From: Marsupella aquatica
Lineage: Eukaryota > Plantae > Marchantiophyta
Length of the DNA stretch: 64,000 nt
Direction: 5' to 3'
Assembly (NCBI GenBank): GCA_973895155.1
Contig: OZ316899.1
Span: forward strand, 13,891,934-13,955,933
Below the pieces are notes generated by a model. It was not told the DNA's origin and did no database searches. It worked only from the letters and a program-made list of their open reading frames with translations. The translations under genes were made by a program, and so were the position numbers. Shown piece by piece: positions 37,846 through 51,100 of the stretch (its first letter is position 1; the number at the start of each line of letters is the position of its first letter).

Positions 37846-38903
37846 CACTTCTTTACAGTATTTAGCGTCACACACACACACACACACTAATTAGGGGTAG
37901 CTCTTGATTTGACACTATTTACCACCACCCTTAATTTTGGAAAATAAATTAATATATTGAAAAATATTGATAATAAGAGGTGACAATGTTATTAACCTAA
38001 ACTGCTCTCACTCCAAAGTTATCCTCGCTGCATTTTTAAAAATGATAAATCTGGGAAATTCATAAATCCAGGCAAACACGAGGGCAAACATTGATTTTTG
38101 ACATTGGCAAGGGACGCTAGATCTAGCTGAGGTGAACAGTTCTGTTGACAGACATGACATGTCTTATGCACAAAATTTAGGGTTTAGGGTTTGGCCCTAA
38201 ATGTCAATGGTTTGTAGTCTGAAAAATCAACTTAGTTACATCTGAGCTTCAGAATATCATAGCAAAGTTTCGCGCGAGTGAATTTTTAAGGGAGTCGAGT
38301 TGGCTTGACATTGATGCTACTGTTGAAGTGGCTCCTGATATTGATCAACCAGGTGAGGAGCCAGCTCAACCCTCTTCTCTTGGGTCTGGGGCTGTACGCC
38401 GTCTTGCAAGGATGACACACAGGGGACAGATTGTAGGAGATTGAAAAGATTGTTAGTTTGTAGCTTATGTGAGACAACATGTGCTATTCATAGTTGATGA
38501 TGGAAGTGAAGCAAACAGATCTTGTTTGCTCAATGTGGTTCAGGAACCCCAAACTGCAAATGTTAGGAGGAGTTATAAATATCTGAAGTTTGCTCAATAT
38601 TTGGGGTTTAGCATTTAGGGTTTAGGGTTTAGGGTACATGGAAGGAGTTATACGTTTCTGAAGTTCCCCCAATGTTTGAGTAGTAAAATTTGTAAACTGT
38701 AATAAAATATTGTGCGCATTTTTTAATTTCTTACAAGCAACTTTTAACTATTAACTTTAAATGTGTGTGACACTATTTGACTTGTGACCACAAGTCGTGT
38801 CACACCATATTATTGAGTGTCACACACCCTAATTACCGTCACTTACCTCAAACATCCCCTCACAGTAATTAGAGTGTGTGAGACTAAATACTGTAAAAGA
38901 GTG
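37846..38903. mobile_element. Non-autonomous TIR element, TA-flanked (Tc1/mariner-like MITE)
   Basis: TA|CACTTCTTTACAGTATTTAGCGTCACACAC ... GTGTGTGAGACTAAATACTGTAAAAGAGTG|TA. Confidence 0.6.
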
Positions 38904-41900
38904 TAGCTAGAGTACAAAGATGTTGGCTAAGCTATAGTCAATTCATAGAGTACTTTTTGGCATGGGTTTTCAATTGAATAGATTGACTTGAGATGAATTG
39001 AGGTTTTCACTCATTGAACAACTTTTGAAACCCTAAACCCTAAACGACAATTTTTTCTTGGCAATTGGTTTGATTGACAAAACTAATTTAGGGTTGAAAC
39101 CCTAAACCCGCAATGTTCCACAACCACAACACTTTCTCTTCAACAAACTCCCATTTTGAAACATTTTCTCCCGACGACACTTTTTGTCAATGACTTCCCT
39201 AAACGCTTCTTTGACTTTGACATCTTTTGCTCTCAATAATATTGGCATCATTTTCTATTCTCAACATGTTTTGCTCCCCTCGACATCTTTTGTTCACCTG
39301 GGCACCTTTTCTGTCTTGGAAATATTTTCTCTCCTCATCTTTTTTTGTTTGTCTCCTTGACACCTTTGCTCATTTGATTTTCTCCCTTACATCTTTCGTC
39401 AACCCACAGGCATGAGGCAAATTCATAGTGTAGACTAGATAGTATATGTTATAGGGTTTAGACCCTAAAACCCTATATATGCAGGATGGGGGTTAGGTTT
39501 TAGAGTTAGCGTTTAGCTTTGTGAGGTTGAGTTTTTGTGGTGGTAGGTGAGAGTTTAGGGTGTTGGCTATTTGGTGGTGTGTTATATTGAAAATTTTGAG
39601 AGGTTGACAGACGAACCGCCCTTCATAAAAAAAGATGGTTTTCATTCGATAGAGTTTATTGGAGATGCGGCCCATGAACTGTAACTGTAAAATACAAGGT
39701 ACACCCAAAACAAACTTCGAGGGTTGCAAAGCTGAAGTGACGCCCTGTTTTGCTTGGAATCCACATATGGAACTTGAGGGCGAGGTCCAGCAGCATGTTG
39801 TCGACACAGCAGCAGCATACAGAGATTTTGACAGGCAACAACATTGTTAATTGTATCCTTTGGGGAATTGTTTTGTCCGACCTCAAGTGTCAATATTAGG
39901 ACACTGAAAACATTAGTCTCATTCACCTATGTCACGGATCCAAATGATATTTTGAAACACATGGGGGGTCACATCAATCCGCTTCACAGTGACCTGACGG
40001 CAGACATCGCGAGACTCTTGTGCGCCTCTTTCATGACAGTCAGATTGAGGGCAAGTTTACACGGGTATTACTTAGGGTATACCATACAACCTAGAACCTG
40101 CCTACGCGAGGGTTGTGTCAGGGCACTATCATGACCTATGTCATATCATACATATGACGGATCTAAATTGTGTTTTGAAACACAGGGCGGTCACATCAAG
40201 CCTAAATTTGCTAATTGTCGGGTTCAGGACTATGGGAGTACAATGGGCGAGCCTCAATTCGTGTCAAGGGGATGGTTGGAGCTGGTTGGTTCCAATCATT
40301 TTCCGCACGAGGCTCGTGTAGGCTTGACTACCTAGCACTAGGCCCATCATTTTGACCTTATGAAACTGAAAGGTGTGTACTTGTACTCAATGTCACATTG
40401 ACTGCAATGGCGTGCATGTCAACCTTTGGCTCGTGTCTGTTGTGGCCACAATGATGGGTTGGCACCGGGTCACGGGATTCGGCTGGGATGAGCTGAGTTT
40501 GCTGCATGATGGAGGTTAAAGGTTTAAAGTCTCCTTTTGATCAATGCGCTTTTGATCTCTCCTTGAGCGCTTGGCAACCATTTTGGATCGTTGTGATTTT
40601 CCTAAACTTTCATGATGGCACCAGGGAGACGAGTGAAGAGCTCTTCGGCGTTGCACGCAGAGAAGAGTACTAGTGCATTACAGGCAGAGTCCGATAGTTT
40701 CAACTCTGGAGATGCTGCAAAAATGACAACCATTCCTCCTCTTAGCAACCAAACTGTGGTTATTCGTGACAAGACCAAGGACTAGGCACCTGCTGCGGAT
40801 GAGGTGGGGGAGGAAAAGAAAGAGAAACAAAAGAAGCCTTCAAAGGTAGCGGCGGAGCAACGAAAGAGGAACCGTCGGGAGGAATGGCGAAAGATGAGGC
40901 GTCATGAGAAAAAGGAGCATTTGGCAGAGTATTATGGACCTTTGAAGAAGAAACGAAGCTCAGAGAGAGGTCTGAAGGAATGGGAAGGGAAGAATTTCTG
41001 GATAGCGATAATGCGGACACCGACGAGTGGATGCCATCATCCTGGAATGATTGAGGCATTATTGAGTCAGCTGTTGGAGGTGTTTTTGGAGGTTTTTCTG
41101 GTGTGGATGCAATCATCGCATAGGAATTTGTTAGTTGATAGTGTGCATTCGTGTGTAGGTGCGAACCAAAAGTGCTTGCATTTTCCGCCTTAATGTTGTT
41201 TGCCTCGGAGGCTTGGGTTTTTCTGAGCATGGGAGGTTGGTTTCAGGGATGCCTACGCCAACATCAACCAGGATTCTTGTTAGGCACATATGTTTCCTAT
41301 GAACATCCCAAGCTCATCTTTATGTGTACAAGTGTCGAATGTTGTTTTTGTTTTGTTATGTAAATTGGATGTTGGTGCTCTTTCATTTGCAATCCCCCTG
41401 TTCCTTGCCCGTCCATCTTTGGTAGAGAAGAGCCTCTTTTCACTTGATTTTTTCTCCCTCTGCGTGTGGTATGGGAGGAGAGAGTATAGAGGAGCCTTTG
41501 TTCTCATGATGCCTTCTCCTATTGCGTGTGTTGGTGAAGGAGAGCGGCTTGCTCTCGAGTGCGGATGGACGGCCTGTGCAAAGTCCTCTGTCTATCATAC
41601 TCCTCCCTGACAACAAGACATGTAGAATTCTTGTATGCACAACAATGTACTAGGGACTGGTTAGGTGGCTTGTGCTTTTCAGATGGTCTTTGCTAAACGG
41701 ATTGTGGAAGTACTTGTTCAGCAAAGCAAAGCGGGCCATGTGCTCAATCTAGGCATTGATAAAATGGCTTAGGGTTTAGGGTTCCCCCTTGTGGTGTGGC
41801 TTTTTGTGGCTGGTCTCTCTCTAAAAAAAAATACTCATTCCGATGAAGTTAACAACGTACTTCAAGGAATCCCATGTGGACCTTAGCCCCTTTTCTTATG

Positions 41901-44413
41901 TTATGTCTCAAAAGGTTTAGGGTTTAGGGTTTCCAAAATTGGTGCTGAAGTGTCCGGAAGAAAACCCTTATCTAAAAAGCATTCAATTTCCCAAAAGTAC
42001 ACTATCAAAATTTAGGGTGGACTTTAATATTCCAGAGTTAGTGAAAGTATTGATTATTGAGGTCAATGAAGCTATGGGTTTAGAAACCCTTTGTATTATT
42101 TTGGCTGCAGCTGGGATCAACAAGAGGGCCATTCGTCTGGACGATTGCGAGATGATATGGTATGACATCCCAGTGCGAATCAGGTTTATGTTGCATTTCT
42201 TCGAGTGGTCGGGAGCCATAGGCACTCATCAAGGGAGAAGACTAGTCCGGATACATAATCTTGGCTTGGGTTTGCTGCTTCCTTGTGCTCCACCCCTTCG
42301 GCAATAATTTAAAGTACACCATACAACCTAGAATCTGCCTACGCGAGGGTCGAGTCGGGGGGGCACTATCTATCTATCTATCTATTCGCTATAATACACA
42401 ATCCCGCTTTTTTTTTTTTACTTATTGTCTGCTTACAAATTGCAGTTTTGGAGGGTACTTTATTATGACCCTTGAATTTAAAACTTAAATATTCCTGTCC
42501 ATGAGATCTGGTGAGAAGAATAATGGATGTGCTACTATAGCTTGGGGCAAACACGTGCTTCCACCCACACCTGGACTATGGCACTGATATCCATTAAATT
42601 GATTCCAATATGAAGAGTATTGGAAATTGAATGTGAGTGACATGTGGCTATAATGGGTAGGTGGGTCTAACAAGAAAATCTAAGTAGACCCCACATCACT
42701 TTTGGACACATGCTTACCCCATTCACCCCAAAGTAAACTTATAGGAAAGGGACAATACAAATTAGACTTTTTTGAGTTGAAAAGACATTATTTATAGGAA
42801 GTGGAAAAGAGGCTATTGAGGGGAGATTGAACTAAATTTCCTACTTTTTCTTACTCCCCCTGGGCCCTCACTCCTAGTAAATTAAGTGAACCCCCCTGAG
42901 ATCAAGCCTCCCCCTACTACCCCTTGTTAGAATTTTTTGGACTTTTCATATTTCCTTTGTTAGTTATAAATTTATGTTTTCACTGAATAATTTGAGCCCT
43001 TTGGATTCTTATAATTTAGTGAAAAAATGAATTTAAAACACCCTTCATTCATTAGTAAAAAAATTTGCCACCATACATCAAACGCATGATTGAAGTACTG
43101 AGAGTAGGGTTTTTATTAGTAGCATACTTATTGCCACTAGGATACAGCCTTGTGGCAATAACAAAAGTGTTATTGATGCCTTCCTCATATATGGAGGACT
43201 TTTGTTACTACCTATAATACTACCTATAATACTGGCTGGATAGCTAAGAGCTCCATTGCAATCCCCTCAGAAACACTGGAGCTAAGCAGGTGCTACACTA
43301 AGAGGCATGGAACCTATGCACATTGATAGGCAAAGAACAATACTCAAAACACTAATCATCAACTTCATGAATAGAATAATAATGTCCAGGCCCCAATACA
43401 GGCCAAAATATGTAATCAAGAAAGCCATAATATTGGACTCCTCAACTTCATCAGCACTCATTTTTGGACAGGATTCAGCCCCATTAACCTTGAAGCAAAG
43501 TTGTCAGGACCACAACCTGAAAACCTGGAAAACCCCACCCAAACCGGACCCAAACCCCCGCCTAAACCCCACCACAAAACCCCGCACAAAACAAACATTC
43601 AAAAGGGACCTTATAGTAGCAATATATTAAAACATTAATATAATGAGTACCAACTAAAGGTAGACATGTGGACCAATCATATACTGCCACGTGTTGCAAT
43701 AAATTACTACCCCCTTGCCTAAATATAATAAATGGGAGTTTCAAAAATACCTTGTTACTTAAAACCTATTCGACACTAAAAAACCCACCCTTATTATCTT
43801 CTAACTATCTTATAATAATTAGTTTGGGATGAATTAAAAATACCCTTGAAGCGTTCGCACGTCCTACCCCTATTATATAAGAATTTAGGATTCCGCGTCC
43901 GGAGTTATTTACTCCCTATGCAATATTTCTTTCAACTTACAATAACACGGAATCCTAAATTCTTTTTTGCAATAACCATATTGACCAAGCGCACAATGGC
44001 CCCCCAAACATGAAATGGCCACAACAATGAAATGGTCACAATGATAATTGATTGTGTGACGCTGCCGGTACGGCGGTTAATGAGTGATTCGGTCTAACTG
44101 CGCTCAGCACGCGCGTTAGGAGTGTCTTAGGCCGCTATTATTAGCATAACAACAGTATTTAAGTAATCATTATGGGTAGGACATCATTAGGCAATAAGGG
44201 GGAATTCAGGTTCGGACTGGCGACGGGTTGCTATTCGCACACCCGGGTTACGAGCGTGGAGGGGCCCCTCCCTCGGGTCCGTATAACGAACTTAAGGAAG
44301 TGGCCACTGACACGCGCTGACTCAGACTGGCGGAGTGGCCGGTACACCACAAGCGTGAGCGGTTCAGCCTATGGGCGTCGAGGAGATGTCGGGGAATCGG
44401 CAAGCCCTCAAGG

Positions 44414-44421
44414 TATAAAAA
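44414..44421 (+). promoter_or_regulatory. TATA box of the LTR-like element
   Basis: GGTATAAAAAGGG ~108 bp upstream of the ATG at 44522. Confidence 0.5.
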
Positions 44422-44521
44422 GGGAGCCGACCCTTTGGAGTGCACCAGTCCATCAGTCCACGCGCCAGCTTCGACCCCAGCTCTCTCGTTCGCTCTAAGT
44501 CGCCACTACTATCTCCTCTGA

Positions 44522-47185
44522 ATGTCGCACACGATCCTCTCCAGCTCGGCCATTCGATTCTGGACGCAGTTCCTATCTACCGGAAGGCACTTGGCCGACT
44601 CATTGAAACATGCCAACCCGCGCCGATACAAAATTGAACGCGAGTACGAGAGAGCCATCCGCCTAGCAGGACGACACCACTACCCGTCTTAGAGCGAGCT
44701 TTACCGACCAGCAGAGGTATCTGGGTACTTCTTCAACGGAGACAAATATATCGGTTTCTGGGAAGAATTGCTTCGGCTTCCGGACGAGGTCTTCAATATC
44801 CCGGGTACGATCAACTTGCAACAACATCACTTTGACCACATCCCTGCTCAGGTTCGGGCATCAACGAGTCCACCACTACCCGTTCGACAAGGTCGTCTGC
44901 ACTTGCTTCGAAGAACTTCTACCAGCACCTGCAGAGCTTCATGGGAACTAGACCCGCAACCACCGGCGCCAGCCCAGTGGACCCCATACCCGTACCCGTA
45001 CCAACGCAGACTCAGGCTCAGCTTCAGGCTCAGCTTCAAGCTCAGCTTCAGGCTCAGCTTCAAGCTCAGCTTCAGTCTCAGCCTCAGCTTAGCCAACCCC
45101 CACCGCCGATCGCCCCGCCAGCAGTACAAGTACGCTCCGTCATCAACGCTGTGGACCTTAGCGACGACGACGAGGCTACCCCACCCTTGCTCAGGCGGCC
45201 CAGAGGAGTAAACACTCAGGGGGCCGACATTGCATCCTCCCCTCCCCATGCTCGGACCCAAGGAGCAGCTCCAGCAGACAACACGGTGACCGTGGCCACC
45301 CCGGGACCAATACTAACGGCGGTAGTACTACCTATGCCCGATCGAGAGGATGGGGAGGTGTCACCTTCCCCGAGCCAGTCACGGGGGAAGAAGAGGAAGG
45401 AACCCGCCACTGCATCCGGGTTACCATTGGCCACGGTAGCCGTGGCCAAGGTAACAATGCACCGCATGGGGGAAAACGTGCATAAGAACATCCTCCATCC
45501 CAAGCATGCGGTGTACCTGAAGACTCAGGGATTCGAGCACCTCGCCGCTCTGCCCTGAAACACTTGCAGGTACTACGTGGAGGACATGACAGAATTCATC
45601 AAGAATTATGATGATACACGTCAGCATACTCGGCTGCGGGGAAGGAATATGTCCCTCACAGAAGAACGGCTCAGGATGATCTTCAGATTACCCGAAGGTG
45701 ACCATCAAGTCGAATCACGGGCTCCCGGGGGCAAGGGAGCCAAGTACCAATCCTCAAGTTTTCCCTCGGAAGGAGCAGTGGACAACGGGTTTGTGATGAG
45801 GACCTGCCTCATCCCCGAGATAGCTGAGCGACTGGAGTTCCAGAGGTACGCCCTCCACATGATGGAACCCCGGGGGAAGATCTCCGCCGCCCAGGTTATC
45901 CAGGTCAAGAACTATCGACCTAGGAAGTGGGCGTCGTACTTCGCTAAGAAATTCCATGAAGAGATGGAGCGGCGAAGGAAGACGCTGTACATTGGCGGGA
46001 AGGCATATTTCGCTAGCCACATCGAGATCATTCTTGAGTGGTACGCTTGGTTTGATCGACGAACCCTTCCCCGTGTCAACGTTACAAAGCTGGTCCCAGC
46101 TAGGTGGGTTTTTCCGGCCTTGGAGAGACGGCCCCAACCCGAGGCCCGAAGTCCAGCAGATACGCCAGCTTCACCCACCCCACCTCCACAAGTAGATGTA
46201 GTCGTAACCGAGGAGGTACCGGATGGGTCGGTTGTCGCAACCGTTGATGCGATCCAACAGGCCGGGCTAAGTACGGATGGGTCGGTACGGCGGAGGTCTT
46301 ACCCGAGCCCGGGTCTCCCAAAGACCCACCGGTGGCTATTCCAGAGAACCGGACATTGCTGCAGGAGGACACTCCAGCCCCTTCCAACATTACGTCCCCA
46401 GGGCTGGACGTCACTGCCCCGGCCCCCGCGCGTGTTGACGTCTACCCGTGCCCAACTCCGGACAAGCACAACCTGGACCACCCGGAACTCTTCGTACCGG
46501 GTACATTTCTGAACGGGCTTATGGGAGATTTCTCTCATCAAATTTCCCGGGATACCGGGGAGTTCATGGCCCGAAGGTAGCCTGTTTCTTCAATCAGGAG
46601 TTAGTTGCCGCAGTAAAGGCAGGTCGGGCCCAGTCAGAGGCCCTTCAGAGGATAGAGCGGTACCGGGTGGAGTCCGTCTACTTAAAGAACGAAGTTGCAG
46701 CTCAAGAGACTGAGCTTCTGCAACTACGACCCAAGGTTGTAGCCGCCGATGATTTGTTAGCAAAGGCGCACGCCCTTACCGCCCTAGCCGAGCAGGTCAA
46801 AGCTGGGAACGAGACCGAGATTGCACGACTCCGGAACCAGATTGACAGTTTGAAGAATCAAACCATCACCTGGCAGAAAGACCTGGAGGAGGCCGAGGAA
46901 CGGGCCCAGCGGGACACGGCGGAGATAGCCACGCTGCAGGCCAAGGTGGCGTGGCTCCAAACCAAGGCCGAGAAGTAGGACCAGCTGGTGGGTAAACTGA
47001 CGAGCGACGCCCAGCAGCTGGAGGAGGCATGTCAGGAGGCAGCAGAGGAGACGAACGCGGCGAGGCGAGAGAATGAATCTCTGCTGGACCAGGTCCAGCT
47101 CCTCAAGGCGGACAATGACAGGCTTCGAAGGCAGCGGGATGGCCGCTCCCATTCGGGCGGCTCTAGTAAGCGTGCCAGGCATTAG
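44522..47185 (+). pseudogene. LTR-borne ORF: Pro/Gln-rich region, (QAQL)n 12-bp repeat at ~45008-45090, basic NLS-like KKRK, Transposase_32/PMD-like domain, coiled coil
   Basis: ORFs 44768-45211, 44941-45558, 45577-46512, 46332-46580, 46448-46978 and 46988-47185 join through a few stops and frameshifts and are collinear with 29451-31830. The domain name comes from motif resemblance (EF..NY....T.L.G....L....L..IF.LP.G). Confidence 0.75.
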
Positions 47186-48105
47186 CAGCGGAGCAGGAAT
47201 AGATTAGGATTAGGACTAGCTTAGTCAGGCTCTTGGGACAGGCACCTGCCTTAGGTACAGCAGCGCTGCCATGCTGTCCAGCCTGCGTAGATTAGGATCT
47301 TCTAATAAGACACAGCCGTTTTCCGGCCTGACTGTCAACTTAGTTAGGACCTTAGTCAGTGAATCTTCGGTGAGAGGACACCCCGTCCCTCGGCCCTTAG
47401 TATTTAGTGCACCCCTCGGTAGAGGCAGGGGGTTTTTAGTCTCAGAGTTGGACATCCGTGGTATGTGCGGGGAGTCCCGGCCTCTGGGAGTGAAAGAGTA
47501 CCAAGGGGAGGGGGTAGGACTAAGCTCGTCGGGCGAGTGCGGAGCCGGGCTCCATTGTAGTATACTCTCTCGGCCTTGAACCTGTTCATTCCGGAGCTAT
47601 CGGGTCAACCAAGTGTACGCACATGTCCCCTATGTAGTAAAATCCTTTCCCATTATTTCCTTCGTGTAAATCAAGATTGTATGCTTGTGCGCGTGTATGT
47701 GTGTGTGAATCTCGTGTATAGGTGACAACGCCGGGCCGAACGCACTACCCGAATCGTGCACGAGGTGCAGCTTGCGGGGATGTAGTTGCGAGCACGGGTT
47801 GAGGACCTGTATCATGGAATCCGGATTGAAGGCGGACAACACGAAGGCTTAGAAGTCCTTAAGCCGGGGTCGATCCTGTTATCGACTAAGGTACATTCCG
47901 GCGGCGGAACACAAACCATACCTAGGAGATGTTTGTATCTAACAGTAGGCGCACTTAGCGCTAGTTTACATGAATTAGGTGCATTACGTGCTTCCCTCCC
48001 TGCCCGAACCCTCAGATTTACGAGGGATGTGCCCGTCTAAGCTGAAGTCTGAGTTAAGGCCGAAGCCGACGACGTGACAGATTGCAACAATAAAATGGCT
48101 GTAAT

Positions 48106-51100
48106 TGTTATAACCCAAGGTTAAGTCTACCATTAACCAAGGTTAAACCTCCACCTCTAGGCAGTTACACTAACATCCTTAGTAACTACCTCTTGTATAA
48201 AGTCTTTCCCTATGAATGAGAAGATTGGTCATTCTCCATGTTGTGGTGTTTCAACACGTTATTAGCACGAGGCTCTTGCCATTTTTTAAGGACATCCTAC
48301 ACGGTTGAACATATAGAGGATTGTGATTCGGGATCAATTTGGGGAGAATCGAGGTTGCAAATTAGAGCAAGGAAGGAACAATCAAAGTTGGAGAATTGGA
48401 AAGAATTGAATCTCAAGTTGATATACACCACAATTTCCATTTCTGAGACCCATAGTGACCAACCTAGAAACGGTTATAGGATCAGACAGTACAACATTCA
48501 ACATTCTGATTTGAGCAGATTCTGCCTGATAAGGAGAAATTAATCAAGCGGAAATGGAGATGGGAGTATAACTACCCACAATTCAATCAGATAAAGGCCC
48601 TCACTCAATTTCCCTATCGTCTTCTTTCTCCAAGATTGGAATTCAGAGAAAAATACACACATAACTTGCAATTTTATAATCCTCATTTGAGGCCTGGACC
48701 ACAAATTCCTATTGTTTAAACTGAACCATTGAGATCTGTACTCACGCTATGGCTACTAACACAATCGAAAAGCTACATTTCCAAGCACTAAAGATAGACG
48801 GATCCAACTATCTTTCATGGTCCTTAGACACTGAGGCACATCTGACCTCCAAAAACCTCCAGGAAGCAATTTTAACAGATAACGACCCCACCCTGCAACA
48901 GAAGGCCCAAGCTCTCATACTAATCAGACACCACCTAGCGGAGCCACTCAAATGGCAGTACATGAACGAGTGCAACCCACGCCTCCTATGGGACAAATTG
49001 CATTCCTGATTTGACCACACTCGCACAATTTTCCTTCCTGCAGCCAGACACGACTAGGCCAACCTCCGTGTGCAGGACCACAAGACCATAGCAGATTACA
49101 ACAGCGAATTGTTCTGAATCGTATCCCAATTGGCAATCTGTGGACAGTCGGTGGGAGATGAGGAACAAATCAAAAAAATGTTGTCAACATTCCATTCATC
49201 CAACCTTATCCTATCTACTCAGTACCGGAACATGCGTTTTACAAAGTACTCCGAACTAATCGCTCACATGTTATTGGCAGAGAAACATCAACTGCTACTG
49301 CTACAGAATACCAAAGTAAGGCCACCCGACACACTTCCACAGCAACCACAGGCTGAAACGCACTTCACAGTTCAGCCGAGAGCATATGACACCCCTTTCC
49401 GTGGGCGTGGAGGCAGAAGAGGAGGAGGTACCTTCCGAGGCCGGGGTAGCACCCCCTAGCGTGGGGGCAGGAGCAACAACACCTTTCGAGGAAGGGGCAG
49501 GGGACGACCCAATTACAACAGCAGAGACTCCGGAAACTATGGCAGGAGAGACTACAATAACCAGCAACGCGGGCGGAACAGAGACAGAGACAACTCAATG
49601 ACTTAAATGACAGATCTGAAAACCCCCTGACATGTAACCGCAGCGGTACCAAAGGCCATGTCAAAAGAGTATGCAGAGCCCCAGCTCATCTAGTTACATT
49701 ATATAAGAACAGCCTGGACAAACCTGAGGCCCATGGTACCTTTATGGATTCCATGGAGATACACCTGGTAACAGGCTCCTCCACACAGACTAACCTGGAT
49801 GACGACAGCTCTCGTGTGGTCGACAGCGGGACCTCCCACTCAATCCTGCGCAGAAAAGAATACTTCAAACAAATCACCCCCTCACATCGGAATGTCACAA
49901 CAATAACAGGACAGCAGCAGATCGAAGAGGGGTATGGCCCAGCCACGATTATTCTACCAAATGGAACAGCAATAAACATCAAAGTGGCCATATACGCTCC
50001 AAGAGCCACAAGAAACAATCAGAGCTTCAGAGATATCCGGGACAATGGCCTGCATGCTCATATGGACACAACAAATGCACAAGAAGTACTGCACATCATA
50101 GGCTATACCCCTAGAGGTACAGAGATTAAGGAGACTCTAACAGCATATCCAGCTAGCTTCTACATTACCAAAATACACAGCTTCCACATGGAAGTACAGG
50201 CCCATTACGGAAACCTGGCACAGAAGACTAGGCCACCCAGGTACAACGATGTTCCATAAAATCATCAAGGACACTAAAGGCATTCTACATACAGTCCACC
50301 CTACTGCCATGAAGGGATCATGTTTGCCATGCTCACAAGGCAAATTTATAACCAGACCGTCACCACAGACAACAGAAAACAGAATCCCAAATTTCCTCGA
50401 GAGGGTCCACGCGGATGTGTGCGGACCAATTGACCCACCCAACGGACCATAATTGATGCCTCCTCCAAGTGGTCACAGGTCTCCCTGCTCTCTACACGCA
50501 ACCTGGTTTTTGCCCGGATACTGGCTCACATCCTAAAGCTGAAGGCCCAATTTCCGGACCACCCTATCAAAATACTTTGGGTGGACAACGCCGGCAAATT
50601 TACCTCCAGAACATTTGACGACTTCTGTACGTTTGCCGGCATTGACACGCAGTACCCCGTCCCCTATGTTCACTTTCAAAATGGGATAGCAAAGTCCCTA
50701 ATCAAGCGACTACAAATGATCGCCCGCCCTATGCTCATGCAATCAAATTTACCTCCCTCCGCCTGGGGACACGCTATCCTACATGCAGCAGCGATGCTCC
50801 AGTATTGGCCATTGGCATTCAACACGAGCACGCCTCACCATTTAGCATATGGAACTATTCCCGACATCTCACACCTGCAAACCTTCGGCTGTCAAGTGCT
50901 AGTGCCTATCATGGGTCCTAAGCGGACCAAACTTGGCCCCCAACGGCAGAAAGGAATATACATAGGCTTTGACTCGACATCAATCATACGGTATCTCGAG
51001 CCCACAACAACAGACGTATTCAAAGCAAGATTTGCAGACTGCCACTTCTTCAAAAATGTTTTCCCTACACTGAGCGTTCTGACAGGACTAAATCAGAAGG

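Larger units (their letters stand above)
44055..48079 (+). mobile_element. 4025-bp solo-LTR-like element containing a gene
   Basis: 5-bp TSD GATTG (44050-44054, 48080-48084); termini TGTGACG..CGTGACA; no internal terminal direct repeats and no gag/pol. Confidence 0.8.

Noticed and set aside
40720-41610. Lys/Glu-rich ORFs as a gene
   Set aside because: Low complexity, interrupted and without an identifiable domain.
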